Positions 46,858 to 56,517 of a DNA stretch of 64,000 nucleotides are shown here, piece by piece; the first letter of the stretch is position 1; every line of letters begins with the position of its first letter. The stretch comes from a virus: the UHGV virus genome UHGV-0018629. One strand, given 5' to 3'. A program made the translations under genes and the position numbers. The notes under the pieces are model-generated. The model was not told the origin of the DNA. It searched no databases and saw only the letters and a program-made list of their open reading frames with translations.

Positions 46858-47119
46858 TTAGACTTTCCTTTTTACCGCTGAGATAAGCGTTATATACTTT
46901 AAGAGTGCCGTAATAAATTCGGTCATTTTCATCTAAAAACTCATGGTCAAGTTCATCGAGTTCCTTTTTATCCATGACTATAATATCATTGCAGTAAAGA
47001 AACCCAAGTTTTTCGTGACCAAACTCAAATTTATTGCAGTACACAATATTAGCATGATGATTTCCGTGCAGTTTAATCTCTTTCATGTCGGAATCACCGA
47101 TATTCATACAATAAATCAT
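46790..47119 (-). CDS. Hypothetical protein (109 aa)
   Basis: ORF track; 3' end overlaps denB start region. Confidence 0.45.
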   Translation of the reverse strand: MIYCMNIGDSDMKEIKLHGNHHANIVYCNKFEFGHEKLGFLYCNDIIVMDKKELDELDHEFLDENDRIYYGTLKVYNAYLSGKKESLNAENESGFTETISDSDIYPIEQ

Positions 47120-47136
47120 AATTTTTCCTTAAAACA

Positions 47137-47151
47137 AAAGGGCCGAAGCCC
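47137..47151 (-). terminator. Hairpin gggc-cgaa-gccc with flanking T-runs
   Basis: Read directly. Confidence 0.4.
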
Positions 47152-47157
47152 CTTATT

Positions 47158-47352
47158 TTATTTGAATTGTGCAATTCTTTTTTCTAAACAATCTGCGTAA
47201 GATTTCATTGAGATGAACTGTGAAAGCAGTAATTCTTGCTCAACTTCATTAATCGTTAGAAACTTTGTGCTTTCTAAAAATTTGCTCAGTGCATTAATTT
47301 TGAGCATTAATTGATCGTATTCTTCTTTTACTCGTGCTTGATAACCTAACAT
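47158..47352 (-). CDS. Hypothetical protein (64 aa)
   Basis: ORF track; hairpins on both sides. Confidence 0.45.
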   Translation of the reverse strand: MLGYQARVKEEYDQLMLKINALSKFLESTKFLTINEVEQELLLSQFISMKSYADCLEKRIAQFK

Positions 47353-47380
47353 AATTTTCCTTAGTTAAGGGCCGAAGCCC

Positions 47381-48319
47381 TTATTTAAATTGTTCAGTAA
47401 CGTCTTCAACTACTTCGTATTGGCAGGTACGCATTTTAGCATCATTGTAATCAATCGGAATTGATACTACATCGCGAGGATGTACTTTAACTTTTACAAC
47501 TCGACTGGTTGAACTGCCAAAGTGACGAATATAAGATTTAGAACACACATGCAGACCACGAGAACAAGTTTGTGTATCATCGTCATTCACACGAGTGCGT
47601 GGCATTTTAACTACTTTACCAGGACTGTTATCAAAAGTATTTGAATGGCAGTCAAAGTAATTACTGCGAACTACTTTCCAAGCATAGAAGTAGCCATCTT
47701 CTGTGATTTCAATATCGTTTGCTACCAAGAAATCAAAGAGTCGAGATACCGCTTTTTGGCTCGGGTTTTCCAACAGATTTTCCAAGAACGGAAAATAAAA
47801 TTCAAAGTTTTCGCCTTTTTCCATCGAATCGAGAATACGATCGACTAAACCAGATCGCAATTCAATATTTTGATAGAACAAGCTTCCACCTTCAATTCGA
47901 ACATCACCGGAAATATATTTTTCAACAGCGCGACGAACGTTAATTTTTTGTGCCGCTTCTTCCAATTTATCTGCAACAAGCAGATTAAGAATTTCCTGGA
48001 AGTTTGAATGAGTATTAGGAGTTGCGTTATAAGTTACACCGTCAACAGTAATTGAAATGAATTTTTTAGAAGCATTCCAAATAATGTCAGATTTATCAAC
48101 TGGAGCAATAGCTACATCGCTATTAACTTTGACCGTAATATCACCGCTAATAGTAACTTTAGAGCGTTCAGCTTCTTCAGCATTTTTCAAAACACGACGG
48201 ATTGTGTCAACCGATACACCTTGCCAATCAGCCAATTCCTGTTGGGTATAATTACCACTTGAATACAGTTTGACAATTTCAGCTTGTTCGTTTTTGGTCA
48301 GGCATTTAATATTGTACAT
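47381..48319 (-). CDS. rIIB: rIIB rapid-lysis protein
   Basis: 312 aa; MYNIKCLTKNEQAEIVKLYSSGNYTQQELADWQGV recognised. Confidence 0.92.
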   Translation of the reverse strand: MYNIKCLTKNEQAEIVKLYSSGNYTQQELADWQGVSVDTIRRVLKNAEEAERSKVTISGDITVKVNSDVAIAPVDKSDIIWNASKKFISITVDGVTYNATPNTHSNFQEILNLLVADKLEEAAQKINVRRAVEKYISGDVRIEGGSLFYQNIELRSGLVDRILDSMEKGENFEFYFPFLENLLENPSQKAVSRLFDFLVANDIEITEDGYFYAWKVVRSNYFDCHSNTFDNSPGKVVKMPRTRVNDDDTQTCSRGLHVCSKSYIRHFGSSTSRVVKVKVHPRDVVSIPIDYNDAKMRTCQYEVVEDVTEQFK

Positions 48320-48330
48320 AATTTTCCTTA

Positions 48331-50508
48331 TTAGGCCGCAAGGGCCTTCATAGTTTTAGCGATTTGAGAAACTTCATCATCACTTAAAGAGTTGCGATAA
48401 CCGATGAAGTCGGAAACAATACGGAATTTCTTGGTAAACTCAGCAACCATTTTATCACTGTTTTTTGAAGCATTATTTGATAATACATCAAAAAGATTAG
48501 TTACTGTCCAGATGTCATGACCGATGGTACCTTTTCCACCGTTGAAATATATACCCTGCAATGAACTAACCATATTACCAAGGCGAGTATATTCTTCAGA
48601 AACTTCATCTACACTGAAGTACTTCATCATAAAATCGAGTTCAGGATACTTAATAATTTTATCAATATATCGTTTAGCTGAACTTGAATAACCTACATAC
48701 TTATCATAATCTACAGCATCAAAAGCATCTACATATAAATCACGCAGAGTTTCAAAAATACATTGGCACTGATCAAGTTCTTTTACCTTTTTCTGCAAAA
48801 GCGGACGAATAACATAAAATTCATTAATGCCAATAAGATTAGCCATACGAATCAAAATATTCATAGATGGATTACAAAGAGATGTAGTACCATCCATAGA
48901 GAAAATATCAGAACGATGCATATACGCTACATAACCAGTAATTTCATCTGCTTCTGATGTGAGCGTAAATAGTTCCTCTTTTTCCCAGCGCCCGTCTTTA
49001 ATTTCAAACTTAAATGCAGTGGCAGCTTTAGGACGAGGAGCTTTACTTTTAACTACCTTCGGAATATAACTTTTAACTAAAGCTTCAATTTCTGACAAAT
49101 AATGAATGTTAACTTCATCACTTTCAAACATCGCCATAATATCAGGAAGTAAATCAATTTGTGATTCTACTTCTGGATTAATAAACAGAAGACGCTCATT
49201 ATGATGAATATTTAAAGTGTTATTAAATTCACTATCATCTAACGCATGCGCTAATCCACGGACAATATTAACACGATTTTTAATATTATCAATAACGATA
49301 TTAATTTTTGTTGTATTAATACCGAACAGACGATAACTTGATGCAATGGCTGAAGTTTCATGGCTTTGCTTAATGCGTTTCAGTCGAGGGTCAAGATTTA
49401 CTTCATACACAACTCCTGCATTACATAACTTACTATCAGGTTCAAACATGCTCTGCATCTTCTTATATGACAGATTTTTAGTCGTGAATTTGACTGAATT
49501 ACTAATCATATAATCTCGAGCAGAATATCCCATCTTCATCAATTCACGGTATGTATGACGAGGAGATGTAGATTCTTTAAATCGTTTTACATCTTCATTG
49601 AATGCTTTCTCACTAAGCTCTTTAACACGCTCAATAATATTTTTACGGGTACGATCATCTAGTGAAAGAGCTTCGCGTGATGGAGCAATATCAAGTGAAC
49701 CCATTGGAAACTTAATGTAATTCACTTCATTGCGGATGCTTAACCAGTTACGGTCTCTAATAACACCATCGATAGGATAAACAATACCACCATAGATAGC
49801 ATACAATCCACCACGATCTGGCCAGTATCTTTCTGGATTTACGCCGTAATAGTCATCAAAATCCGGAAAATAATCAATTTCGCGGTCAAGACCATTAATA
49901 ATAGCCAAATCTTTGAATGGTCGCATGATATAAGAAACTTCATAAGCAAAGTTTCTAAAGTCTTTTTCTTCAACTGGAACTACAATTTCAATACCAGTTT
50001 TATCGTCTGGACCCATTTCCTTTACGAATGTAGGTTTAATCTGCGGACCATCACCATCCATGTAAGCTACATAACCACGAATTTCACCTTTATGATACGA
50101 AGTAATACTAAACGTATCAGTATAACTAAATGGAGATTTAGAACCTAAACCAAATCCGCCAATGAAATCATTAGATTCAGCCTTAGATGAACTGAAGTAT
50201 GAATTATACAGACCAGGAGAATTATCATCACCCTGAATATCAAAATCACTCATACCCGGACCAAAATCTCGACAAACAAATCGTGGATCTAATCGTCCTG
50301 GAACTTGAATGATAAATTTTTCAGGATTTCCATTGAGAGCATGGGCATCAATCATGTTAGTAATCAATTCACGAACTACTGCGCGAATCTTGTTTGTATA
50401 CAAATCAGATGACAGAATTTTAAATACTTTAGGATTTGCTGCGATGCTAAATGCTTTTGATTTAGAACCATTGCCAAGAATTGTTTCTTTTTCAGTGGTG
50501 ATAATCAT
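48331..50508 (-). CDS. rIIA: rIIA rapid-lysis protein (GHKL-type ATPase-like N-terminus)
   Basis: 725 aa; position upstream of rIIB. Confidence 0.92.
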   Translation of the reverse strand: MIITTEKETILGNGSKSKAFSIAANPKVFKILSSDLYTNKIRAVVRELITNMIDAHALNGNPEKFIIQVPGRLDPRFVCRDFGPGMSDFDIQGDDNSPGLYNSYFSSSKAESNDFIGGFGLGSKSPFSYTDTFSITSYHKGEIRGYVAYMDGDGPQIKPTFVKEMGPDDKTGIEIVVPVEEKDFRNFAYEVSYIMRPFKDLAIINGLDREIDYFPDFDDYYGVNPERYWPDRGGLYAIYGGIVYPIDGVIRDRNWLSIRNEVNYIKFPMGSLDIAPSREALSLDDRTRKNIIERVKELSEKAFNEDVKRFKESTSPRHTYRELMKMGYSARDYMISNSVKFTTKNLSYKKMQSMFEPDSKLCNAGVVYEVNLDPRLKRIKQSHETSAIASSYRLFGINTTKINIVIDNIKNRVNIVRGLAHALDDSEFNNTLNIHHNERLLFINPEVESQIDLLPDIMAMFESDEVNIHYLSEIEALVKSYIPKVVKSKAPRPKAATAFKFEIKDGRWEKEELFTLTSEADEITGYVAYMHRSDIFSMDGTTSLCNPSMNILIRMANLIGINEFYVIRPLLQKKVKELDQCQCIFETLRDLYVDAFDAVDYDKYVGYSSSAKRYIDKIIKYPELDFMMKYFSVDEVSEEYTRLGNMVSSLQGIYFNGGKGTIGHDIWTVTNLFDVLSNNASKNSDKMVAEFTKKFRIVSDFIGYRNSLSDDEVSQIAKTMKALAA

Positions 50509-50518
50509 AATTTCCTCA

Positions 50519-50722
50519 TTAATTCATATTACGTTTAATAACTTCGGCAACTTCTAGTAGTTCATCTTTAGTTGCGGTATCGGATTGAATTTTATCTCTA
50601 ATATCCTTAAAGCGGTTTTTAAATTCTTCGGCTTCTCCCATATCGAAAAAGCGTTGAATGATTCTATATTCTCGATGAACTGCTTTATCAAAAAGTTCTA
50701 AATTTACTCTATATGATTTCAT
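50519..50722 (-). CDS. Hypothetical protein (rIIA.1 position)
   Basis: 67 aa; GAGGA Shine-Dalgarno; early promoter at 50748-50777. Confidence 0.55.
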   Translation of the reverse strand: MKSYRVNLELFDKAVHREYRIIQRFFDMGEAEEFKNRFKDIRDKIQSDTATKDELLEVAEVIKRNMN

Positions 50723-50747
50723 TTCAATATCCTCATTTGCCCAATTA

Positions 50748-50777
50748 ATTGTACCACATCCTTGTGGTAAAGTAAAC
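50748..50777 (-). promoter_or_regulatory. Early promoter (-35 GTTTAC, -10 TACAAT) upstream of rIIA.1/rIIA
   Basis: gtaaac 50772-50777; attgta 50748-50753. Confidence 0.6.
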
Positions 50778-52597
50778 TACTGGCTCATCCATTCTTTACG
50801 AAGGTCAGCATTATCTCCCATGAGCATTTCAAAAAGTTCTTTCCAATTCTCAGGAAGTTTAACAACATCATATACTGGATTTTGAATCATCTCACGATAT
50901 TCAGATTTTTCCAAAGAGCCAAGTCCTTTAATATAACGGATGCTATGTTTAGGTAGAGCATCTTTGGCACTCTCATATTCAGCGACTGTATAAAACCATT
51001 CTTGTTTTTTACCGACCTGAGCGATGATTACAGGAGTTTTGACAAAGCGAATTCTTCCTTGCTCAAACAATTCTGGCCAATTACTAAAAAATCCGAGCAG
51101 AGAAGGATAAATGCTTCCTAGACCATCATGGTCAGCATCAGTCATAATAGCGATATTATGATAATTCAAGTTTTCAGCTTTTTCGCCAAGAACTAGACCA
51201 GTGATTGCGCAAATATCAAATAGTTCTTTGTTTTTAAGCATGTCAGCATATGACATACCCCAACTGTTGAGAACTTTACCACGCAATGGATAACCACCAT
51301 GAAGTTCTTTATCACGAACATCAATAAGATATCCGATAGCAGAATCACCCTCAGTCAAGAAAAGAGTAGTGTCAGCATCTTTACCGCAAAGATTCGCTTT
51401 GATATGTTTATGAACCTTAGCTTTAGAAGCCTTTTTAGCTGCCTTTGTTTCTGCTGCTTTTTCTGCCGCCAATTTACGAGCCAAAGCAGCTTCAATAATC
51501 GGCATCAGAATTGCTTCATTATTTAGAATAGCACGTGAAATCTTTTTAGCATCAAGCTGAATATGACTACGGATTTCACCAAATGGAGAAGTCAAACGCT
51601 CTTTAGTTTGAGAATCAAATCGCATGTTTTTCATATCACGAACAAACATGACGATAGTCAAACATTCTTTAACACGTGCTTTAGTTACATCAATTTTGAA
51701 CTTGCGTTTGATTTGTGGAATAAGGTCTTCACAAATATCATCCATAACACAGTCAATGTGATGGCCACCATTCTTAGTATGAATGTTATTGACGTATGTT
51801 AATTGACGAAAACCATCCGGTGAACGACCAACCGCAATAGAACAATTTTCTTGTTCTTGAACAATAGCATGCTCATCATATTGGCGTGCATATTTCTTAA
51901 AATTGCCCTGAACCTTTTTACCATTAAAGGTAAATTGAATATCAGGATAAACAACAGCAAGTGTCTGGAGACGATCTAATGTAATGTCAAGATAAACTTG
52001 GGACAGCTCATTAGTTTCAAATGACATAAAATCAGGAATGAAAGTAACACGGGTTCCTTTCCATTTTCCAGGAATATCTTCCCATGATTTATTTTCCATG
52101 CCATTTGAGCAACGAACTACAATATTATTTTGACCATCGCCAGTTTCACCGACAAACATCACAGAAAAAATGTTTGTCAAACTAGAACCAACACCATTCA
52201 TACCACCAGTGACGCGTTCTTTATCATCACCGAAGTTACCACCTGCTTTTGGAATAGTCCATGCGGCAACAGGACCAGGAATTTCTTCACCGGTAGGTGT
52301 TTTAACCATCGCTTGTGGAATACCACGACCGTTATCTTCAACTGTTACTTGATTGTTTTTAATAGTAACATTAATTTTATTCGCGAATTTAAACTTAGTA
52401 CGAATACCTTCATCTACTGAGTTATCGATAATTTCATCAATAAGCTTAACAAGACCAGGTACATACTGAACACTTTCCCATTTACCAAACAGAAAGCGCT
52501 CATGCATTTCATTAGCTGAAGAGCCAATGTACATGCCGCTACGCTTTTTGATATGTTCAATATCGCTCAGAATTTTAATTTCATTCTTAATCATCAC
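50777..52597 (-). CDS. 39: DNA topoisomerase II large (GyrB-like ATPase) subunit, uninterrupted full-length form (covers T4 genes 39 + 60)
   Basis: 606 aa continuous; GHKL motifs DNSVDE, EDNGRGIP, GGMNGVGSSL; TOPRIM region TEGDSA. Confidence 0.9.
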   Translation of the reverse strand: MMIKNEIKILSDIEHIKKRSGMYIGSSANEMHERFLFGKWESVQYVPGLVKLIDEIIDNSVDEGIRTKFKFANKINVTIKNNQVTVEDNGRGIPQAMVKTPTGEEIPGPVAAWTIPKAGGNFGDDKERVTGGMNGVGSSLTNIFSVMFVGETGDGQNNIVVRCSNGMENKSWEDIPGKWKGTRVTFIPDFMSFETNELSQVYLDITLDRLQTLAVVYPDIQFTFNGKKVQGNFKKYARQYDEHAIVQEQENCSIAVGRSPDGFRQLTYVNNIHTKNGGHHIDCVMDDICEDLIPQIKRKFKIDVTKARVKECLTIVMFVRDMKNMRFDSQTKERLTSPFGEIRSHIQLDAKKISRAILNNEAILMPIIEAALARKLAAEKAAETKAAKKASKAKVHKHIKANLCGKDADTTLFLTEGDSAIGYLIDVRDKELHGGYPLRGKVLNSWGMSYADMLKNKELFDICAITGLVLGEKAENLNYHNIAIMTDADHDGLGSIYPSLLGFFSNWPELFEQGRIRFVKTPVIIAQVGKKQEWFYTVAEYESAKDALPKHSIRYIKGLGSLEKSEYREMIQNPVYDVVKLPENWKELFEMLMGDNADLRKEWMSQ

Positions 52598-52647
52598 TTA
52601 TCCTCGTTTGGTTTCGGGAATATTATACTCCGGCAATCATAAAGCTA

Positions 52648-52665
52648 AAGGCCCGAAGGCCTTTT
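52648..52665. terminator. Hairpin ggcc-cgaa-ggcc upstream of gene 39
   Basis: Read directly; T-run on plus side. Confidence 0.4.
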
Positions 52666-52924
52666 ATTTAAAACGAATAGTCGAATCCTTAAAGAACAGC
52701 CCAGAACACACAGTTCCTTCTACTTTCTGCCCAGTAGGTCCAATAGCACGAAATCCAGTATGTTGGAAATCATTTTCAGAGCAACCGAACCAGTTATATC
52801 CGGTGATTTCAATATTAGTAAAACCACTTGAAGACAAAACTTTAGTTGCATTATCAGCATCAGTACATCCTACTAAAGATACTGCTAATACTAATGCTGC
52901 GATAGAACGATTAATATATTTCAT
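52664..52924 (-). CDS. Putative lipoprotein (86 aa from MKYINRS)
   Basis: Signal peptide with lipobox LVGC. Confidence 0.55.
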   Translation of the reverse strand: MKYINRSIAALVLAVSLVGCTDADNATKVLSSSGFTNIEITGYNWFGCSENDFQHTGFRAIGPTGQKVEGTVCSGLFFKDSTIRFK

Positions 52925-52928
52925 AATT

Positions 52929-53303
52929 TCACTCAAATTTAATGGCTTGAAGAAGACTAATAATTCTCAAGCGACTTCTTTCATCTTTAACTGTAAAAGA
53001 AAGAGGGTCACCAGATTTCATAGTGATAGTGCATTCAAAATCAAAATTTTCGGGAACTTCTTCGAAGAAGTCAGATTCTTCATCATAAATTAGAACTTCA
53101 CTCCGCAGACTGTGAAGAATTTTTCCAGCATTTCTGCTAGTTGCTGTACTAATCATCGTAACATTACGACCTTTCATATCTTCAACGATAAATTCGTTTG
53201 TAGATATTACAGCATTAATAGAACCATTCCTGTAAATAGCAGACATTAGATATTTCTTTTCTTCGCCTTCGCGAATGCGATATTTCTTACCGATTTTAAA
53301 CAT
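52929..53303 (-). CDS. Hypothetical protein (124 aa)
   Basis: ORF track. Confidence 0.5.
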   Translation of the reverse strand: MFKIGKKYRIREGEEKKYLMSAIYRNGSINAVISTNEFIVEDMKGRNVTMISTATSRNAGKILHSLRSEVLIYDEESDFFEEVPENFDFECTITMKSGDPLSFTVKDERSRLRIISLLQAIKFE

Positions 53304-53305
53304 AA

Positions 53306-53482
53306 TTATCCTTTAAGTAAGTCGTAAAATCCACCATTCACATGCTTAGGAGCAGAAGCCCGACGAGTAGACAAACGATGACATTTAGGGCAAACATCAT
53401 TTTCTCGTTCAGAAATCTTTTTAATTTTTTCATATTCATGCCCGCAATCTTCGGATTGGCATTTATAATCATACATTGGCAT
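53306..53482 (-). CDS. FmdB-family zinc-ribbon protein (58 aa)
   Basis: Hand translation MPMYDYKCQSEDCGHEYEKIKK...DVCPKCHRLSTRR; two CxxC pairs; not in ORF track. Confidence 0.5.
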   Translation of the reverse strand: MPMYDYKCQSEDCGHEYEKIKKISERENDVCPKCHRLSTRRASAPKHVNGGFYDLLKG

Positions 53483-53484
53483 AA

Positions 53485-53910
53485 TTATTCCTTAAAGTGT
53501 GCTTTCAACATCTGATACAAGGACCATGCCTGTTCATTATTTTCAATAGTAACTTTCATGACAGGAAATGCTGTGAAATCTTCTATTTGTTCTTGCTCTT
53601 TCTCTTCCTGCTCTTGCTCTTCAGCTGCCTGATATGGATTTTCCACTTCATCAAAGAACCCAGCTTCGTTAGTAGAAAGCCAGATAAAGTTTTCGTCAAG
53701 GATATCCCCATGTGTTGCATATCCAACTGTGCCAGTAGATGTCACAATTTTAGTAGGACGACCAAGATGGTCAACATCTAAAATTTTAAAAGGATGCATA
53801 CCTAAACGTCGTGCATAAATTCCGTTATCAGTATGGTCTTTAATAAAATTTTCTTGAGCTTGTTTATTTTTAAATTGATACCATTTATTAACTTCAAATT
53901 TAATAGCCAT
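53485..53910 (-). CDS. goF-like protein by size and synteny
   Basis: 141 aa ORF at the T4 goF position; acidic [11 protein letters not shown] stretch. Confidence 0.45.
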   Translation of the reverse strand: MAIKFEVNKWYQFKNKQAQENFIKDHTDNGIYARRLGMHPFKILDVDHLGRPTKIVTSTGTVGYATHGDILDENFIWLSTNEAGFFDEVENPYQAAEEQEQEEKEQEQIEDFTAFPVMKVTIENNEQAWSLYQMLKAHFKE

Positions 53911-54125
53911 TAATAAATTTCCTTCCAGTAAGTTGTGCCATCTTCAGTAATTTCACGAAATACACCGTAAATTGGTTGTTTATCACCAACCTTTTCATAC
54001 ACATAAACCGAAGTCAAGTGAGTAAACTTAGCAGTGTGTTCCTTTTGAACTACTACCAAATCTGGATCGAATAATACATCTTCAAATTCGTCGTTGGTGC
54101 AATTCTGAACAGTTTTACGTTTCAT
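53910..54125 (-). CDS. Hypothetical protein (71 aa)
   Basis: ORF track. Confidence 0.45.
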   Translation of the reverse strand: MKRKTVQNCTNDEFEDVLFDPDLVVVQKEHTAKFTHLTSVYVYEKVGDKQPIYGVFREITEDGTTYWKEIY

Positions 54126-54138
54126 TACAATTTCCTCA

Positions 54139-54408
54139 TTAATTGAACAGTGGAGCGATGCGTTTCAGAAGAGTAGCAGCACCTTTGGCGAATTTTACAT
54201 CATGAAAAACAGTTTCTTCTTCCGTTACAACACGAGCTTTAATGTTTTCACAATCCCAATTTTTACGAACAATCTTCAAAAGCTGCAGTAAATCTTTGCA
54301 TTCAGCAATATCGATAACACATCCACGAGAATCTTCCATTATCGCACGATAACCGTAAGCCATACCATAATCGTTGAAAGATTGTTCGATGATAATTAAG
54401 TTTTCCAT
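54139..54408 (-). CDS. Hypothetical protein (89 aa from MENLIIIEQ)
   Basis: GGAG Shine-Dalgarno; promoter-like module upstream. Confidence 0.5.
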   Translation of the reverse strand: MENLIIIEQSFNDYGMAYGYRAIMEDSRGCVIDIAECKDLLQLLKIVRKNWDCENIKARVVTEEETVFHDVKFAKGAATLLKRIAPLFN

Positions 54409-54505
54409 TTTATTCTCCAAGTTGTTTTCTGTATCAGTAGTTGATATTGATATAGTACCATAATCAACTACTGATGTATATAGTTTTATGAAAAAATTTT
54501 AAACT

Positions 54506-55003
54506 TTATGCATAGCGAGCTTTGCTATAATGTTTAATCCAGCTTTCAGGAATGACTTTGTATGTTCCTAAAAATACTGCGTTGTACAACTTAACGCCAT
54601 CTTCTACCCACTGATCGGTAATGTATGCACACATAGCGCGAGTACGGTGTTTTTGAACAACCCCTTCCTCATCTTCAGTAAATTCGAATTCATAAGGAGC
54701 AACGAACTTAATAGCTTGACCGAGTTTCCACTTAAAGTCTATACCTACATGTGAAGTATCAATCGTTTCAATTCCTTTAGCAGGAACAGCTTTCAAAAAC
54801 GCAGATTCAAGAAATTTCGCGCGAACATAACCAAACTGAGGTTTAGACTTTCCATCTTTAGGAATGATACGAACTTTTACTTCAGAATCTTCATCTTTAA
54901 CACCATGCTTAAGCTGAATGCTTACAATTTCGACCAATTTTCCTGCTGCTTTAGAACGGGATTTATCAGATACACGAGCAATTTCACCAATATTAATAAT
55001 CAT
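54506..55003 (-). CDS. motB: MotB-like protein by size and synteny
   Basis: 165 aa; early promoter 55049-55077 upstream; position before dexA. Confidence 0.55.
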   Translation of the reverse strand: MIINIGEIARVSDKSRSKAAGKLVEIVSIQLKHGVKDEDSEVKVRIIPKDGKSKPQFGYVRAKFLESAFLKAVPAKGIETIDTSHVGIDFKWKLGQAIKFVAPYEFEFTEDEEGVVQKHRTRAMCAYITDQWVEDGVKLYNAVFLGTYKVIPESWIKHYSKARYA

Positions 55004-55048
55004 AGTTATCTCTCACTTGTTAAAAAGATTTTATACTCCACGGGACCA

Positions 55049-55077
55049 TTATACTCTGGTCCCAAGAGTTTGTAAAC
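55049..55077 (-). promoter_or_regulatory. Early promoter (-35 GTTTAC, -10 TATAAT) upstream of motB
   Basis: gtaaac 55072-55077; attata 55049-55054. Confidence 0.6.
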
Positions 55078-55100
55078 TATTAATTCAAAATAGCTACTTT

Positions 55101-55784
55101 TTATCGTTTTGTTGGAAGAGACAGAGGATCGCACTCTTCCTCTGACGGAGCATCTTCAAGACCCATAGCATACCGCAAAGCATACTTCATCATCAGGATG
55201 TCTTTCGCACAGTCATGAATAGAATCATGTGCAACGAATCCATCTAAAGTTCCCTTTGGAAGAGGACATGTAGTCATATCACGAACAAGCAGAAGTGCTT
55301 CAATTCTGGTACGAATATCACGCTGATTCCAGAATTTACATGGTTCTAACTTAAATGTATCAAGCTCATTCTCGGAAACGCCATTAAGACGTTGAATATC
55401 ACGAATGAGATCAACTAAAATTGGAAAATCAAACGACATTCCACGACACCAGCCTTGAGATTTCCAAGGATCGATATTATGCGCATTGATATAATCATTA
55501 AATTTTGCAATACCGTCGATAGTGCTTACATCTTCATCTGATGGCGCAATATTTTTTCGAGCTTCAGGAGATTGATTTTTCCACCATTCGATAGTGCTTT
55601 TAGTAAAAAGACGATGTCCTTTTTGGCTTTTTAAATCAAACTTGATTTTAATGCCGCGTGAAACTAATTCATCAAATGTTTCAACTACTTCTGGATTAGG
55701 GTCAAAGGCAATAACAGCCAAATCAATAACAGCTGCCTTTTCACCGCTTCCCATTGTTTCAAAATCTATAATAAAATCAAACAT
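55101..55784 (-). CDS. dexA: Exonuclease A (DEDD 3'-5' exonuclease)
   Basis: 227 aa; N-terminal IIDFETMG exonuclease motif. Confidence 0.88.
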   Translation of the reverse strand: MFDFIIDFETMGSGEKAAVIDLAVIAFDPNPEVVETFDELVSRGIKIKFDLKSQKGHRLFTKSTIEWWKNQSPEARKNIAPSDEDVSTIDGIAKFNDYINAHNIDPWKSQGWCRGMSFDFPILVDLIRDIQRLNGVSENELDTFKLEPCKFWNQRDIRTRIEALLLVRDMTTCPLPKGTLDGFVAHDSIHDCAKDILMMKYALRYAMGLEDAPSEEECDPLSLPTKR

Positions 55785-56059
55785 TAAATTTTCCTCGCTA
55801 AATCGCGAATTTGACCTACAGTATAATCTTGGATATAAACTTTATTAATGGGCTCATCAATAAATTTTGCCATAGATTCAATATCTTTTTGTATCTCTTC
55901 AAGACTGTATACTATCTTTAAAGCTTTTTCGCGAATAGTAACATTATCAGGTCCTGAATTTTCTTGGATGACAGCTTTAACATTTGTCATAAGAGATTTA
56001 AACTGCTGCAAACTTAATTCAATCATTAATAACCGCCTTATAAAGATGGCTAATTTCAC
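55784..56059 (-). CDS. Hypothetical protein (91 aa)
   Basis: ORF track. Confidence 0.45.
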   Translation of the reverse strand: MKLAIFIRRLLMIELSLQQFKSLMTNVKAVIQENSGPDNVTIREKALKIVYSLEEIQKDIESMAKFIDEPINKVYIQDYTVGQIRDLARKI

Positions 56060-56279
56060 CTAAAACATAATCACTGATTGTAACAGTTTTCACTTCGCCA
56101 CAAAAGAATTCTAACGCAATCAAATCTCGTTCAATTTCTTCCAATTGAAGCATTAACTTGCCTGATTCAGTTTTCACGTTTTTGCGATTTTTACTATAAG
56201 CTATTTCATAAATTTCGCTCACTTTATCTTGAAGCAGATAAAACTGATCTTTAGTTATTTCCACGAATAGCTTCCTCAA
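56019..56279 (-). CDS. Hypothetical protein (86 aa)
   Basis: ORF track; overlaps neighbour. Confidence 0.4.
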   Translation of the reverse strand: MRKLFVEITKDQFYLLQDKVSEIYEIAYSKNRKNVKTESGKLMLQLEEIERDLIALEFFCGEVKTVTISDYVLGEISHLYKAVIND

Positions 56280-56511
56280 ATTTAATCAGCAACTTACAGA
56301 CACTTTCATCTAATGTAATTACCGTATCTGTATTACTGTGATATGATTGTTTTTCAATTCGTTTAATTGCTAGTATAGTATCACTTATAAGATTAAGCTT
56401 ATAAAGGAGCTCAGCTCCTGTTACCATAACACTGAGGTTATCTTGCTTATCAGTATGCTTCTTTATACTATCTATTAGACGATTTAAATATTTTGAATTG
56501 ATGTTAATCAT
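56251..56511 (-). CDS. Hypothetical protein (86 aa)
   Basis: ORF track. Confidence 0.4.
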   Translation of the reverse strand: MININSKYLNRLIDSIKKHTDKQDNLSVMVTGAELLYKLNLISDTILAIKRIEKQSYHSNTDTVITLDESVCKLLIKFEEAIRGNN

Positions 56512-56517
56512 ATATCC

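Noticed and set aside
52527-53093. Plus-strand 188-aa ORF
   Set aside because: Antisense across the gene 39 start, a lipoprotein gene and the next ORF; no ribosome-binding site.
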